This document shows, one piece after another, positions 1-15,700 of a DNA stretch of 64,000 bases (positions are counted from its first letter, which is position 1; every line of letters starts with the position of its first letter). The notes under the pieces are model-generated. The model had not been told where the DNA came from. It worked only from the letters and a program-made list of their open reading frames with translations, and ran no database searches. Origin of the DNA: Nemertoderma westbladi (Eukaryota > Animalia > Xenacoelomorpha); NCBI GenBank assembly GCA_032718475.1, contig JAUCBJ010002022.1, forward strand, positions 4,053 through 68,052, given 5' to 3'. A program made the translations under genes and the position numbers.

Positions 1-69
1 ATATAATATGTGCCAGGCATCAACGAGGAGGAATTGATTATAAACAAAATAATACGAAAGGGATGGAGG

Positions 70-660
70 TTTTCATTTCAGATATTTCTGAAATGTTTTA
101 ATTTCAGCCCACTAGCGGTAGACTGGAGAACTGCCTCGATGGACGCAGCCTATGGATGGTCTACGGTCTAGCATGCATATACGCCAAGTTTCAGCTTGAA
201 CGGTTAAAAAATAACGAAATGAGAGAAGGTTTTTACTTTAAGATATTTCGATCTCTACCGGTAAAGTGTAGATGGTGTACCGAACCACAAAGAAGCAGCC
301 AGTTTTCTAGAACATATATGCCAAGTTTCAGCTTAAACTGGTCAAAATCAAGGAAATGATAGAATGTTTTCACTTTCGTACATTTCGCCCTCTAGTAGTG
401 ACAGACTGGAGAACTGCGGACCGATCACCTTCTCCACAAAGACGCAACATGTGGGGCGAGCCACGAAGTGAGTGAGCCTTAGCGTAGTGGTACCATTAAT
501 CAACCTGTCGTTCTGTCGTTCTGTCGTTCTGTCGTTCTGTCGTGTTCAATTTTAAACGTTAATAACTAGGCCAATCTTTGATGAAATCTATCCAAACTTG
601 GTACACATGTTGTTTGGCAAAAGTTTAGAAATTTTCCAAGTAGAATTTCCGTGTGGCCTT
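70..660. mobile_element. Fragments of the modular repeat family: core modules, then an inverted related end with a (ctgtcgtt)n microsatellite
   Basis: ctagcggtagactggagaactgc modules at about 110 and 390; tgtggggcgagccacgaag at about 450 is the reverse complement of the family end motif. Confidence 0.55.
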
Positions 661-1107
661 CGAGAAGCTAAGATAATAGCAGTTAATTAGTTAATTAAGT
701 TGATTACGGTGAAAACACCATTTTCAACCTGCCTTTTAAAGGAAATTAATTGTTTTACAGTATAAGATTTAAATAATTATAATTAAAAATTATACAGATG
801 TAATCCACATACGCCATTCTATTATAGTTTTTAATTAGTTCAAGTGATTTGCTTTAATAATTGTGTCTTTAATTGATCTAAAGTAATTAAAACGGCATAA
901 AAAATTGATTCTATTAAATACTGATCATTTATTGGCCAACTTGCAAGTTGGCTGGTACATAGATGGGGGATGTGTGTGTAAGGGAGCCAGTTGCTGGGAA
1001 TGCCAGTGGAGGGGGGTTGTATGTAACTAGCCACACGGCTGCCAGCTAGACCTAACGAGATTGAAACCTGCATTCCCTACCTCCTATTACACTATAGAGT
1101 CTGTGTT

Positions 1108-2297
1108 GGTGTTCGGACACTTCCCCCCCGGACACTTCCCCCCCGGACAGTTCCCCCCCGCTCAAGTAGGACACTTCCCCCCCGGACACTTCCCCCCCAG
1201 ACACTTCCCCCCCGCGGACACTTCCCCCCCGACTGTTCTTAACTTCGCACATTCGTATTTTTCATTTTGTAAGGTAAACGGACCGCTTGTATCTAGATAA
1301 GTTGTATCCAATTTTCCTTTCGTAGCTCAGAAAGTGATCTTTTGCATCCCGATTTTACATTTTATATCCAAGTTTTATTTATGGGTTTTATCAATGCAAT
1401 TACATTGTATTGTTTGCTAATCTTTAAACAATTAATTATATTAGATGACTTATAAATTCCATCCCCGGAATGATATACTGTTTTTATTAACTATAGAATT
1501 ATAATAATTCATTGTTTTAATTATAGGTATTATTATGTAATAGTCTTCTTCAAATTGTAGCAGATGGGGATGAATATTATTGTTGCAATCAAATTATACC
1601 TCTCCAGGGTAAAATCGACATGCGTCGACCTGTATTCTGTGTTCAGCATTACATATTGATATACATATTACTACTATACATACTATATAGATATTATACA
1701 CACTACATATTAAATTTGATGGTTACTTGCAATATTTTTAATAGGATTTTGTTGAATTATATACTATTGAAGTAATTTATATATTAAATTGGTTAACATT
1801 CAATACAGCTCCTACTTTAGGCTTAGTCAATTTATTATCTGATGATACAAACATGAATTCAATATTTCAAAGTGGTCTTAAGTCTTTGACCACGGGCACT
1901 CAGGGAAATGCCGGGGTCTGGGGGCGATAAAAAAAAAGAAGCGGGGGTTTGGGGGCGGTAGCCCCAACAAAAGAAGCGGGGGTTTGGGGACGGCAGCCCC
2001 CAATTAAAAAAAATTAAAAAAATTGAAGGAATTAAAAGAAAAACAAACAAAATTTGATTATAAAATGTTTCTTTTATAATTTTGAAAAAACTTGTCTAGA
2101 TGCAACTTGTCCTGTAACCATCTTTAACTTTTGTTTATTGCTTAGGTGCACCCAGATTAATTTTAACACTTTAACTGGGGGGGAAGTGTCCGGGGGGCAA
2201 GTGTCCGGGGGGGAAGTGTCCGGGGGGGAAGTGTCCTACTTGGGCGGGGGGGAAGTGTCCGGGGGGGAAGTGTCCGGGGGGGAAGTGTCCTAGATCC
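1108..2297. mobile_element. Non-autonomous TIR DNA transposon (Mutator/Foldback- or Merlin-like)
   Basis: Inverted ends of about 125 bp built from 15-bp ggacacttccccccc subrepeats, GG...CC termini, and an 8-bp target-site duplication TCTGTGTT at 1100-1107 and 2298-2305. No transposase ORF; superfamily is an inference. Confidence 0.88.
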
Positions 2298-2837
2298 TCT
2301 GTGTTCTTTAGTCTCAGGTAATAGACAGATCTCATTTAATGATTGTCAGTCAATAAGATTACCACTGCGCAGAAGGCTTATATCCAAAATTGTTTATTTC
2401 TCAAAATATTATGCTTATTATTTTTTGATGGGATTTCTGTGTATTTTAATTGTCTAAGTTTTCAGAGGCATTAACAGTATATTAAATAAATTATTTGAAT
2501 ATCATTCATTACTGCATCGACTGTATTTAGTACTGCGTAGATTATATTCCTATAAACCACCTGGCTTCGCATATTGAACGTGCGATTGGAAATAAGTTCG
2601 TGCTACCTTCCGTGGGTGGTAGATGTCGCGGTTATGTATTGGTGGGTGGGAAGGGTGGGGGGGGGGGTGGTGGGGTGGGGTGGGGGTGCAGATTTAAAGG
2701 GCTGAACACGTACTGTCCCTCTTTTTTTGATTGATTGGCGGTGTGGTTAAATTTCTAAATTTTACTAATTTATAAAGTTAAATACTGATTTTGTGATACA
2801 GTCGCTCGATATTAATTTGTATCTCATAACTGGGCCT

Positions 2838-3304
2838 CGTGCTGCGCGAAGGCCCCACGAACGTGTAATATAGTACATATATGCCAAGATTCAGCTTAAA
2901 CGAATTAAAATAACGGAAATTGAAGACGTTTTTCACTTTCAGATATTTCGCCCTCTAGTGGCAGACTGGATAAGTGCAGATGAATCATCTTCCTTAAAAA
3001 GACGCAGCATGTAGTCTGGTACATAATTTCATGAACGGATTAAAAGCAAAGAAATGTGAGGACATTTAATGTTTAGACATGTAGCCCTCTAAGCGGGTGA
3101 ATGTTGAATTGAAGGTGTCTGAAAGTCTCTATAAAAAATTTCAACCTTTGGACTTATCGATGACTACAAATTTTCAATTCGACAGGGTTATTAATTAGCA
3201 TGTCAATATGGTAACGCAGACGACGACGACAACTATTTGCCGTTATTCACCCACCCTGACAGTTCGCTAAGGCTCCGCCAACTATGTATGTGGCTCGCTC
3301 CACA
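2838..3304 (+). mobile_element. Shorter copy of the same modular repeat family
   Basis: Core modules, short gacgacgacgacaactatttgc and the same end motif. Its left motif cgtgctgcgcgaaggccccac recurs inverted at about 31874 and 44534. Confidence 0.65.
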
Positions 3305-3656
3305 GACTTCTGCGGCCTGTGCATCTAAGCTAAACCATATCAACTTTTTGAAATTCCAATTTAATATGAAATTTATAACTAACCAAAAACAATGTAATGT
3401 GTAAGACTTTCTTCTAGCTACAAACAATCACTTTCTTTAAAATTGTCATATTGATATGATGCCGAACTTTATTTTAACATCTAAGAAAATCTCATGTTTA
3501 TTTCTAGACAACATTGTACTGTACTGTACATGCTTCCCCTCCCTCCGTATTTCAACCCCCCCCCCCCCCCATTGTTTTTGCATTTACTACTGTATTAAAT
3601 AAAGGAAAATAATAATTCGCCTATGTGAATGAAGTATACCTGGTGCTGGTACTCAC

Positions 3657-3743
3657 ATTTTTGCCGGAGAATATAATACGATTTTGTTTATTCAAATTTT
3701 CCCGATTCAGTGCTTTAAGTGCGCTCTGTTCGTTCTTATTAAC
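3657..3743 (-). other. Candidate minus-strand exon, 87 nt, open in phase 0/0
   Basis: Acceptor catcttaatag|, donor AAAT|gtgagt; reads VNKNEQSALKALNRENLNKQNRIIFSGKN. No recognised homology. Confidence 0.35.
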
Positions 3744-3757
3744 CTATTAAGATGGTA

Positions 3758-6700
3758 CTGGTTTACATTCCGACTCCTTGTAACCTGGGTTTCCTTCCTA
3801 CTGTAACCCATTCATACTCCTCTGGTTTACATTCCGACTCCTTGTAACCTAACCTGGGTTTCCTTCCTACTGTAACCCATTCATACTCCTCTGGTTTACA
3901 TTCCGACTCCTTGTAACCTGGGTTTCCTTCCTACTGTAACCCATACTCCTCTGGTTTACATTCCGACTCCTTGTAACCTGGGTTTCCTTCCTACTGTAAC
4001 CCATTCATACTCCTCTGGTTTACATTCCGACTCCTTGTAACCTAACCTGGGTTTCCTTCCTACTGTAACCCATTCATACTCCTCTGGTTTACATTCCGAC
4101 TCCTTGTAACCTGGGTTTCCTTCCTACTGTAACCCATACTCCTTTGGTTTACATTCCGACTCCTGGTAACCTGGGTATCCTTCCTACTGTAACCCATACT
4201 CCTCTGGTTTACATTCCGACTCCTTGTAACCTGGGTTTCCTTCATACTGTAACCCATACTCCTCTGGTTTACTTTCCGACTCCTTGTAACCTGGGTTTCC
4301 TTCCTACTGTAACCCATTCATGCTCCTCTGGTTTACATTCCGACTCCTTGTAACCTGGGTTTCCTTCCTACTGTTACCCATTCATACTCCTCTGGTTTAC
4401 ATTCCGACTCCTTGTAACCTGGGTTTCCTTCCTACTGTAACCCATTCATACTCCTCTGGTTTACATTCCGACCCCTTGTAACCTGGGTTTCCTTCCTACT
4501 GTAACCCATACTCCTCTGGTTTACATTCCGACTCCTTGTAACCTGGGTTTCCTTCCTACTGTAACCCATACTCCTCTGGTTTACATTCCGACTCCTTGTA
4601 ACCTGGGTTTCCTTCCTACTGTAAACCATACTCCTCTGGTTTACATTCCGAATCCTTGTAACCTGGGTTTCCTTCCTACTGTAACCCATTCATACTCCGC
4701 TGGTTTACATTCCGACTCCTTGTAACCTGGGTTTCCTTCCTACTGTAACCCATACTCCTCTGGTTTACATTCCGACTCCTTGTAACCTGGATTTCCTTCC
4801 TACTGTAACCCATACTCCTTTGGTTTACAGTCCGACTCCTTGTAACCTGGGTTTCCTTCCTACTGTAACCCATACTCCTCTGGTTTACATTCCGACTCCT
4901 TGTAACCTGGGTTTCCTTCCTACTGTAACCCATACTCCCTTGGTTTACATTCCGACTCCTTGTAACCTGGGTTTCCTTCCTACTGTAACCCATTCATACT
5001 CCTCTGGTTTACATTCCGACTCCTTGTAACCTGGGTTTCCTTCCTACTGTAAACCATACTCCTCTGGTTTACATTCCGAATCCTTGTAACCTGGGTTTCC
5101 TTCCTACTGTAACCCATTCATACTCCGCTGGTTTACATTCCGACTCCTTGTAACCTGGGTTTCCTTCCTACTGTAACCCATACTCCTCTGGTTTACATTC
5201 CGACTCCTTGTAACCTGGGTTTCCTTCCTACTGTAACCCATACTCCTTTGGTTTACATTCCGACTCCTTGTAACCTGGGTTTCCTTCCTACTGTAACCCA
5301 TACTCCTCTGGTTTACATTCCGACTCCTTGTAACCTGGGTTTCCTTCCTACTGTAACCCATACTCCCTTGGTTTACATTCCGACTCCTTGTAACCTGGGT
5401 TTCCTTCCTACTGTAACCCATTCATACTCCTCTGGTTTACATTCCGACTCCTTGTAACCTGGGTTTCCTTCCTACTGTAAACCATACTCCTCTGGTTTAC
5501 ATTCCGACTCCTTGTAACCTGGGTTTCCTTCCTACTGTAACCCATACTCCTCTGGTTTACATTCCGACTCCTTGTAACCTGGGTTTCCTTCCTACTGTAA
5601 CCCATACTCCTCTGGTTTACATTCTGACTCCTTGTAACCTGGGTTTCCTTCCTACTGTAACCCATACTCCCTTGGTTTACATTCCGACTCCTTGTAACCT
5701 GGGTTTCCCTTCCTACTGTAACCCATTCATACTCCTCTGGTTTACATTCCGACTCCTTGTAACCTGGTTTCCCTTCCTACTGTAACCCATTCATACTCCT
5801 CTGGATTACATTCCGACTCCTTGTAACCTGGATTTCCTTCCTACTGTAACCCATACTCCTTTGGTTTACATTCCGACTCCTTGTAACCTGGGTTTCCTTC
5901 CTACTGTAACCCATACTCCTCTGGTTAACATTCCGACTCCTGGTAACCTGGGTTTCCTTCCTACTGTAACCCATTCATACTCCTCTGGTTTACATTCCGA
6001 CTCCTTGTAACCTGGGTTTCCTTCCTACTGTAACCCATTCATACTCCTCTGGTTTACATTCCGACTCCTTGTAACCTGGGTTTCCTTCCTACTGTAACCC
6101 ATTCATACTCCTCTGGTTTACATTCCGACTCCTTGTAACCTGGGTTTCCTTCCTACTGTAACCCATTCATACTCCTCTGGTTTACATTCCGACTCCTTGT
6201 AACCTGGGTTTCCTTCCTACTGTAACCCATTCATACTCCTCTGGTTTACATTCCGACTCCTTGTAACCTGGGTTTCCTTCCTACTGTAACCCATTCATAC
6301 TCCTCTGGTTTACATTCCGACTCCTTGTAACCTGGGTTTCCTTCCTACTGTAACCCATACTCCTCTGGTTTACATTCCGACTCCTTGTAACCTGGGTTTC
6401 CTTCCTACTGTAACCCATACTCCTCTGGTTTACATTCCGACTCCTTGTAACCTGGGTTTCCTTCCTACTGTAACCCATACTCCTCTGGTTTACATTCCGA
6501 CTCCTGGTAACCTGGGTTTCCTTCCTACTGTAACCCATACTCCTCTGGTTTACATTCCGACTCCTTGTAACCTGGGTTTCCTTCCTACTGTAACCCATAC
6601 TCCTCTGGTTTACATTCCGACTCCTTGTAACCTGGGTTTCCTTCCTACTGTAACCCATACTCCTCTGGTTTACATTCCGACTCCTTGTAACCTGGGTTTC

Positions 6701-9700
6701 CTTCCTACTGTAACCCATTCATACTCCTCTGGTTTACATTCCGACTCCTTGTAACCTGGGTTTCCTTCCTACTGTAACCCATACTCCTCTGGTTTACATT
6801 CCGACTCCTTGTAACCTGGGTTTCCTTCCTACTGTAACCCATTCATACTCCTCTGGTTTACATTCCGACTCCTTGTAACCTGGGTTTCCTTCCTACTGTA
6901 ACCCATTCATACTCCTCTGGTTTACATTCCGACTCCTTGTAACCTGGGTTTCCTTCCTACTGTAACCCATACTCCTCTGGTTTACATTCCGACTCCTTGT
7001 AACCTGGGTTTCCTTCCTACTGTAACCCATTCATACTCCTCTGGTTTACATTCCGACTCCTTGTAACCTGGGTTTCCTTCCTACTGTAACCCATACTCCC
7101 TTGGTTTACATTCCGACTCCTTGTAACCTGGGTTTCCCTTCCTACTGTAACCCATTCATACTCCTCTGGTTTACATTCCGACTCCTTGTAACCTGGGTTT
7201 CCTTCCTACTGTAACCCATTCATACTCCTCTGGTTTACATTCCGACTCCTTGTAACCTGGGTTTCCTTCCTACTGTAACCCATACTCCTCTGGTTTACAT
7301 TCCGACTCCTTGTAACCTGGGTTTCCTTCCTACTGTAACCCATACTCCTCTGGTTTACATTCCGACTCCTTGTAACCTGGGTTTCCTTCCTACTGTAACC
7401 CATACTCCTCTGGTTTACATTCCGACTCCTTGTAACCTGGGTTTCCTTCCTACTGTAACCCATACTCCCTTGGTTTACATTCCGACTCCTTGTAACCTGG
7501 GTTTCCTTCCTACTGTAACCCATTCATACTCCTCTGGTTTACATTCCGACTCCTTGTAACCTGGGTTTCCTTCCTACTGTAACCCATACTCCTCTGGTTT
7601 ACATTCCGACTCCTTGTAACCTGGGTTTCCTTCCTACTGTAACCCATACTCCTCTGGTTTACATTCCGACTCCTTGTAACCTGGGTTTCCTTCCTACTGT
7701 AACCCATACTCCTCTGGTTTACATTCCGACTCCTTGTAACCTGGGTTTCCTTCCTACTGTAACCCATACTCCCTTGGTTTACATTCCGACTCCTTGTAAC
7801 CTGGGTTTCCTTCCTACTGTAACCCATACTCCTCTGGTTTACATTCCGACTCCTTGTAACCTGGGTTTCCTTCCTACTGTAACCCATACTCCTCTGGTTT
7901 ACATTCCGACTCCTTGTAACCTGGGTTTCCTTCCTACTGTAACCCATACTCCTCTGGTTTACATTCCGACTCCTTGTAACCTGGGTTTCCTTCCTACTGT
8001 AACCCATACTCCCTTGGTTTACATTCCGACTCCTTGTAACCTGGGTTTCCTTCCTACTGTAACCCATTCATACTCCTCTGGTTTACATTCCGACTCCTTG
8101 TAACCTGGGTTTCCTTCCTACTGTAAACCATACTCCTCTGGTTTACATTCCGAATCCTTGTAACCTGGGTTTCCTTCCTACTGTAACCCATTCATACTCC
8201 GCTGGTTTACATTCCGACTCCTTGTAACCTGGGTTTCCTTCCTACTGTAACCCATACTCCTCTGGTTTACATTCCGACTCCTTGTAACCTGGGTTTCCTT
8301 CCTACTGTAACCCATACTCCTTTGGTTTACATTCCGACTCCTTGTAACCTGGGTTTCCTTCCTACTGTAACCCATACTCCTCTGGTTTACATTCCGACTC
8401 CTTGTAACCTGGGTTTCCTTCCTACTGTAACCCATACTCCCTTGGTTTACATTCCGACTCCTTGTAACCTGGGTTTCCTTCCTACTGTAACCCATTCATA
8501 CTCCTCTGGTTTACATTCCGACTCCTTGTAACCTGGGTTTCCTTCCTACTGTAAACCATACTCCTCTGGTTTACATTCCGACTCCTTGTAACCTGGGTTT
8601 CCTTCCTACTGTAACCCATACTCCTCTGGTTTACATTCCGACTCCTTGTAACCTGGGTTTCCTTCCTACTGTAACCCATACTCCTCTGGTTTACATTCTG
8701 ACTCCTTGTAACCTGGGTTTCCTTCCTACTGTAACCCATACTCCCTTGGTTTACATTCCGACTCCTTGTAACCTGGGTTTCCCTTCCTACTGTAACCCAT
8801 TCATACTCCTCTGGTTTACATTCCGACTCCTTGTAACCTGGTTTCCCTTCCTACTGTAACCCATTCATACTCCTCTGGATTACATTCCGACTCCTTGTAA
8901 CCTGGATTTCCTTCCTACTGTAACCCATACTCCTTTGGTTTACATTCCGACTCCTTGTAACCTGGGTTTCCTTCCTACTGTAACCCATACTCCTCTGGTT
9001 AACATTCCGACTCCTGGTAACCTGTGTTTCCTTCCTACTGTAACCCATTCATACTCCTCTGGTTTACATTCCGACTCCTTGTAACCTGGGTTTCCTTCCT
9101 ACTGTAACCCATTCATACTCCTCTGGTTTACATTCCGACTCCTTGTAACCTGGGTTTCCTTCCTACTGTAACCCATTCATACTCCTCTGGTTTACATTCC
9201 GACTCCTTGTAACCTGGGTTTCCTTCCTACTGTAACCCATTCATACTCCTCTGGTTTACATTCCGACTCCTTGTAACCTGGGTTTCCTTCCTACTGTAAC
9301 CCATTCATACTCCTCTGGTTTACATTCCGACTCCTTGTAACCTGGGTTTCCTTCCTACTGTAACCCATTCATACTCCTCTGGTTTACATTCCGACTCCTT
9401 GTAACCTGGGTTTCCTTCCTACTGTAACCCATACTCCTCTGGTTTACATTCCGACTCCTTGTAACCTGGGTTTCCTTCCTACTGTAACCCATACTCCTCT
9501 GGTTTACATTCCGACTCCTTGTAACCTGGGTTTCCTTCCTACTGTAACCCATACTCCTCTGGTTTACATTCCGACTCCTGGTAACCTGGGTTTCCTTCCT
9601 ACTGTAACCCATACTCCTCTGGTTTACATTCCGACTCCTTGTAACCTGGGTTTCCTTCCTACTGTAACCCATACTCCTCTGGTTTACATTCCGACTCCTT

Positions 9701-12700
9701 GTAACCTGGGTTTCCTTCCTACTGTAACCCATACTCCTCTGGTTTACATTCCGACTCCTTGTAACCTGGGTTTCCTTCCTACTGTAACCCATTCATACTC
9801 CTCTGGTTTACATTCCGACTCCTTGTAACCTGGGTTTCCTTCCTACTGTAACCCATACTCCTCTGGTTTACATTCCGACTCCTTGTAACCTGGGTTTCCT
9901 TCCTACTGTAACCCATTCATACTCCTCTGGTTTACATTCCGACTCCTTGTAACCTGGGTTTCCTTCCTACTGTAACCCATTCATACTCCTCTGGTTTACA
10001 TTCCGACTCCTTGTAACCTGGGTTTCCTTCCTACTGTAACCCATACTCCTCTGGTTTACATTCCGACTCCTGGTAACCTGGGTTTCCTTCCTACTGTAAC
10101 CCATTCATACTCCTCTGGTTTACATTCCGACTCCTTGTAACCTGGGTTTCCTTCGTACTGTAACCCATACTCCCTTGGTTTACATTCCGACTCCTTGTAA
10201 CCTGGGTTTCCCTTCCTACTGTAACCCATTCATACTCCTCTGGTTTACATTCCGACTCCTTGTAACCTGGTTTCCCTTCCTACTGTAACCCATTCATACT
10301 CCTCTGGTTTACATTCCGACTCCTTGTAACCTGGATTCCCTTCCTACTGTAACCCATACTCCTTTGGTTTACATTCCGACTCCTTGTAACCTGGGTTTCC
10401 TTCCTACTGTAACCCATACTCCTTTGGTTTACATTCCGACTCCTTGTAACCTGGGTTTCCTTCCTACTGTAACCCATACTCCTCTGGTTTACATTCCGAC
10501 TCCTTGTAACCTGGGTTTCCTTCCTACTGTAACCCATACTCCCTTGGTTTACATTCCGACTCCTTGTAACCTGGGTTTCCTTCCTACTGTAACCCATTCA
10601 TACTCCTCTGGTTTACATTCCGACTCCTTGTAACCTGGGTTTCCTTCCTACTGTAAACCATACTCCTCTGGTTTACATTCCGACTCCTTGTAACCTGGGT
10701 TTCCTTCCTACTGTAACCCATACTCCTCTGGTTTACATTCCGACTCCTTGTAACCTGGGTTTCCTTCCTACTGTAACCCATACTCCTCTGGTTTACATTC
10801 TGACTCCTTGTAACCTGGGTTTCCTTCCTACTGTAACCCATACTCCCTTGGTTTACATTCCGACTCCTTGTAACCTGGGTTTCCCTTCCTACTGTAACCC
10901 ATACTCCTCTGGTTTACATTCCGACTCCTTGTAACCTGGGTTTCCTTCCTACTGTAACCCATACTCCTCTGGTTTACATTCCGACTCCTTGTAACCTGGG
11001 TTTCCTTCCTACTGTAACCCATACTCCTTTGGTTTACATTCCGACTCCTGGTAACCTGGGTTTCCTTCCTACTGTAACCCATACTCCTCTGGTTTACATT
11101 CCGACTCCTCGTAACCTGGGTTTCCTTCCTACTGTAACCCATGCTCCTCTGGTTTACATTCCGACTCCTTGTAACCTGGGTTTCCTTCCTACTGTAACCC
11201 ATTCATACTCCTCTGGTTTACATTCCGACTCCTTGTAACCTGGGTTTCCTTCCTACTGTAACCCATTCATACTCCTCTGGTTTACATTCCGACTCATTGT
11301 AACCTGGGTTTCCTTCCTACTGTAACCCATACTCCTCTGGTTTACATTCCGACTCATTGTAACCTGGGTTTCCTTCCTACTGTAACCCATACTCCTCTGG
11401 TTTACATTCCGACTCCTTGTAACCTGGGTTTCCTTCCTACTGTAACCCATTCATACTCCTCTGGTTTACATTCCGACTCCTTGTAACCTGGGTTTCCTTC
11501 CTACTGTAACCCATTCATACTCCTCTGGTTTACATTCCGACTCCTTGTAACCTGGGTTTCCTTCCTACTGTAACCCATACTCCCTTGGTTTACATTCCGA
11601 CTCCTTGTAACCTGGGTTTCCTTCCTACTGTAACCCATACTCCTCTGGTTTACATTCCGACTCCTTGTAACCTGGGTTTCCTTCCTACTGTAACCCATAC
11701 TCCCTTGGTTTACATTCCGACTCCTTGTAACCTGGGTTTCCTTCCTACTGTAACCCATACTCCTCTGGTTTACATTCCGACTCCATGTAACCTGGGTTTC
11801 CTTCCTACTGTAACCCATACTCCTTTGGTTTACATTCCGACTCCTTGTAACCTGGGTTTCCTTCCTACTGTAACCCATACTCCTCTGGTTTACATTCCGA
11901 CTCCTTGTAACCTGGGTTTCCTTCCTACTGTAACCCATACTCCCTTGGTTTACATTCCGACTCCTTGTAACCTGGGTTTCCTTCCTACTGTAACCCATTC
12001 ATACTCCTCTGGTTTACATTCCGACTCCTTGTAACCTGGGTTTCCTTCCTACTGTAAACCATACTCCTCTGGTTTACATTCCGAATCCTTGTAACCTGGG
12101 TTTCCTTCCTACTGTAACCCATTCATACTCCGCTGGTTTACATTCCGACTCCTTGTAACCTGGGTTTCCTTCCTACTGTAACCCATACTCCTCTGGTTTA
12201 CATTCCGACTCCTTGTAACCTGGGTTTCCTTCCTACTGTAACCCATACTCCTTTGGTTTACATTCCGACTCCTTGTAACCTGGGTTTCCTTCCTACTGTA
12301 ACCCATACTCCTCTGGTTTACATTCCGACTCCTTGTAACCTGGGTTTCCTTCCTACTGTAACCCATACTCCCTTGGTTTACATTCCGACTCCTTGTAACC
12401 TGGGTTTCCTTCCTACTGTAACCCATTCATACTCCTCTGGTTTACATTCCGACTCCTTGTAACCTGGGTTTCCTTCCTACTGTAAACCATACTCCTCTGG
12501 TTTACATTCCGACTCCTTGTAACCTGGGTTTCCTTCCTACTGTAACCCATACTCCTCTGGTTTACATTCCGACTCCTTGTAACCTGGGTTTCCTTCCTAC
12601 TGTAACCCATACTCCTCTGGTTTACATTCTGACTCCTTGTAACCTGGGTTTCCTTCCTACTGTAACCCATACTCCCTTGGTTTACATTCCGACTCCATGT

Positions 12701-15700
12701 AACCTGGGTTTCCCTTCCTACTGTAACCCATACTCCTCTGGTTTACATTCCGACTCCTTGTAACCTGGGTTTCCTTCCTACTGTAACCCATACTCCTCTG
12801 GTTTACATTCCGACTCCTTGTAACCTGGGTTTCCTTCCTACTGTAACCCATACTCCTTTGGTTTACATTCCGACTCCTTGTAACCTGGGTTTCCTTCCTA
12901 CTGTAACCCATACTCCTCTGGTTTACATTCCGACTCCTTGTAACCTAGGTTTCCTTCCTACTGTAACCCATACTCCCTTGGTTTACATTCCGACTCCTTG
13001 TAACCTGGGTTTCCTTCCTACTGTAACCCATACTCCTCTGGTTTACATTCCGACTCCTTGTAACCTGGGTTTCCTTCCTACTGTAACCCATACTCCTCTG
13101 GTTTACATTCCGACTCCTGGTAACCTGGGTTTCCTTCCTACTGTAACCCATACTCCTCTGGTTTACATTCCGACTCCTTGTAACCTGGGTTTCCTTCCTA
13201 CTGTAACCCATACTCCTCTGGTTTACATTCCGACTCCTTGTAACCTGGGTTTCCTTCCTACTGTAACCCATACTCCTCTGGTTTACATTCCGACTCCTTG
13301 TAACCTGGGTTTCCTTCCTACTGTAACCCATTCATACTCCCCTGGTTTACATTCCGACTCCTTGTAACCTGGGTTTCCTTCCTACTGTAACCCATACTCC
13401 TCTGGTTTACATTCCGACTCCTTGTAACCTGGGTTTCCTTCCTACTGTAACCCATTCATACTCCTCTGGTTTACATTCCGACTCCTTGTAACCTGGGTTT
13501 CCTTCCTACTGTAACCCATTCATACTCCTCTGGTTTACATTCCGACTCCTTGTAACCTGGGTTTCCTTCCTACTGTAACCCATACTCCTCTGGTTTACAT
13601 TCCGACTCCTGGTAACCTGGGTTTCCTTCCTACTGTAACCCATTCATACTCCTCTGGTTTACATTCCGACTCCTTGTAACCTGGGTTTCCTTCCTACTGT
13701 AACCCATTCATACTCCTCTGGTTTACATTCCGACTCCTTGTAACCTGGGTTTCCTTCCTACTGTAACCCATACTCCTCTGGTTTACATTCCGACTCCTTG
13801 TAACCTGGGTTTCCTTCCTACTGCAACCCATACTCCTTTGGTTTACATTCCGACTCCTGGTAACCTGGGTTTCCTTCCTACTGTAACCCATACTCCTCTG
13901 GTTTACATTCCGACTCCTCGTAACCTGGGTTTCCTTCCTACTGTAACCCATGCTCCTCTGGTTTACATTCCGACTCCTTGTAACCTGGGTTTCCTTCCTA
14001 CTGTAACCCATTCATACTCCTCTGGTTTACATTCCGACTCCTTGTAACCTGGGTTTCCTTCCTACTGTTACCCATACTCCTCTGGTTTACATTCCGACTC
14101 ATTGTAACCTGGGTTTCCTTCCTACTGTAACCCATACTCCTCTGGTTTACATTCCGACTCCTTGTAACCTGGGTTTCCTTCCTACTGTAACCCATTCATA
14201 CTCCTCTGGTTTACATTCCGACTCCTTGTAACCTGGGTTTCCTTCCTACTGTAACCCATACTCCTCTGGTTTACATTCCGACTCCTTGTAACCTGGGTTT
14301 CCTTCCTACTGTAACCCATTCATACTCCTCTGGTTTACATTCCGACTCCTTGTAACCTGGGTTTCCTTCCTACTGTAACCCATACTCCCTTGGTTTACAT
14401 TCCGACTCCTTGTAACCTGGGTTTCCTTCCTACTGTAACCCATTCATACTCCTCTGGTTTACATTCCGACTCCTTGTAACCTGGGTTTCCTTCCTACTGT
14501 AAACCATACTCCTCTGGTTTACATTCCGACTCCTTGTAACCTGGGTTTCCTTCCTACTGTAACCCATACTCCTCTGGTTTACATTCCGACTCCTTGTAAC
14601 CTGGGTTTCCTTCCTACTGTAACCCATACTCCTCTGGTTTACATTCTGACTCCTTGTAACCTGGGTTTCCTTCCTACTGTAACCCATACTCCCTTGGTTT
14701 ACATTCCGACTCCTTGTAACCTGGGTTTCCCTTCCTACTGTAACCCATTCATACTCCTCTGGTTTACATTCCGACTCCTTGTAACCTGGTTTCCCTTCCT
14801 ACTGTAACCCATTCATACTCCTCTGGTTTACATTCCGACTCCTTGTAACCTGGATTCCCTTCCTACTGTAACCCATACTCCTTTGGTTTACATTCCGACT
14901 CCTTGTAACCTGGGTTTCCTTCCTACTGTAACCCATACTCCTCTGGTTAACATTCCGACTCCTGGTAACCTGGGTTTCCTTCCTACTGTAACCCATTCAT
15001 ACTCCTCTGGTTTACATTCCGACTCCTTGTAACCTGGGTTTCCTTCCTACTGTAACCCATTCATACTCCTCTGGTTTATATTCCGACTCCTTGTAACCTG
15101 GGTTTCCTTCCTACTGTAACCCATACTCCTCTGGTTTACATTCCGACTCCTGGTAACCTGGGTTTCCTTCCTACTGTAACCCATACTCCTCTGGTTTACA
15201 TTCCGACTCCTTGTAACCTGGGTTTCCTTCCTACTGTAACCCATACTCCTCTGGTTTACATTCCGACTCCTTGTAACCTGGGTTTCCTTCCTACTGTAAC
15301 CCATACTCCTCTGGTTTACATTCCGACTCCTTGTAACCTGGGTTTCCTTCCTACTGTAACCCATTCATACTCCTCTGGTTTACATTCCGACTCCTTGTAA
15401 CCTGGGTTTCCTTCCTACTGTAACCCATACTCCTCTGGTTTACATTCCGACTCCTTGTAACCTGGGTTTCCTTCCTACTGTAACCCATTCATACTCCTCT
15501 GGTTTACATTCCGACTCCTTGTAACCTGGGTTTCCTTCCTACTGTAACCCATTCATACTCCTCTGGTTTACATTCCGACTCCTTGTAACCTGGGTTTCCT
15601 TCCTACTGTAACCCATACTCCTCTGGTTTACATTCCGACTCCTGGTAACCTGGGTTTCCTTCCTACTGTAACCCATTCATACTCCTCTGGTTTACATTCC

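Noticed and set aside
1052-2293. GGEVS / GHFPP repeat ORFs
   Set aside because: Translations of the 15-bp subrepeats in the transposon TIRs.
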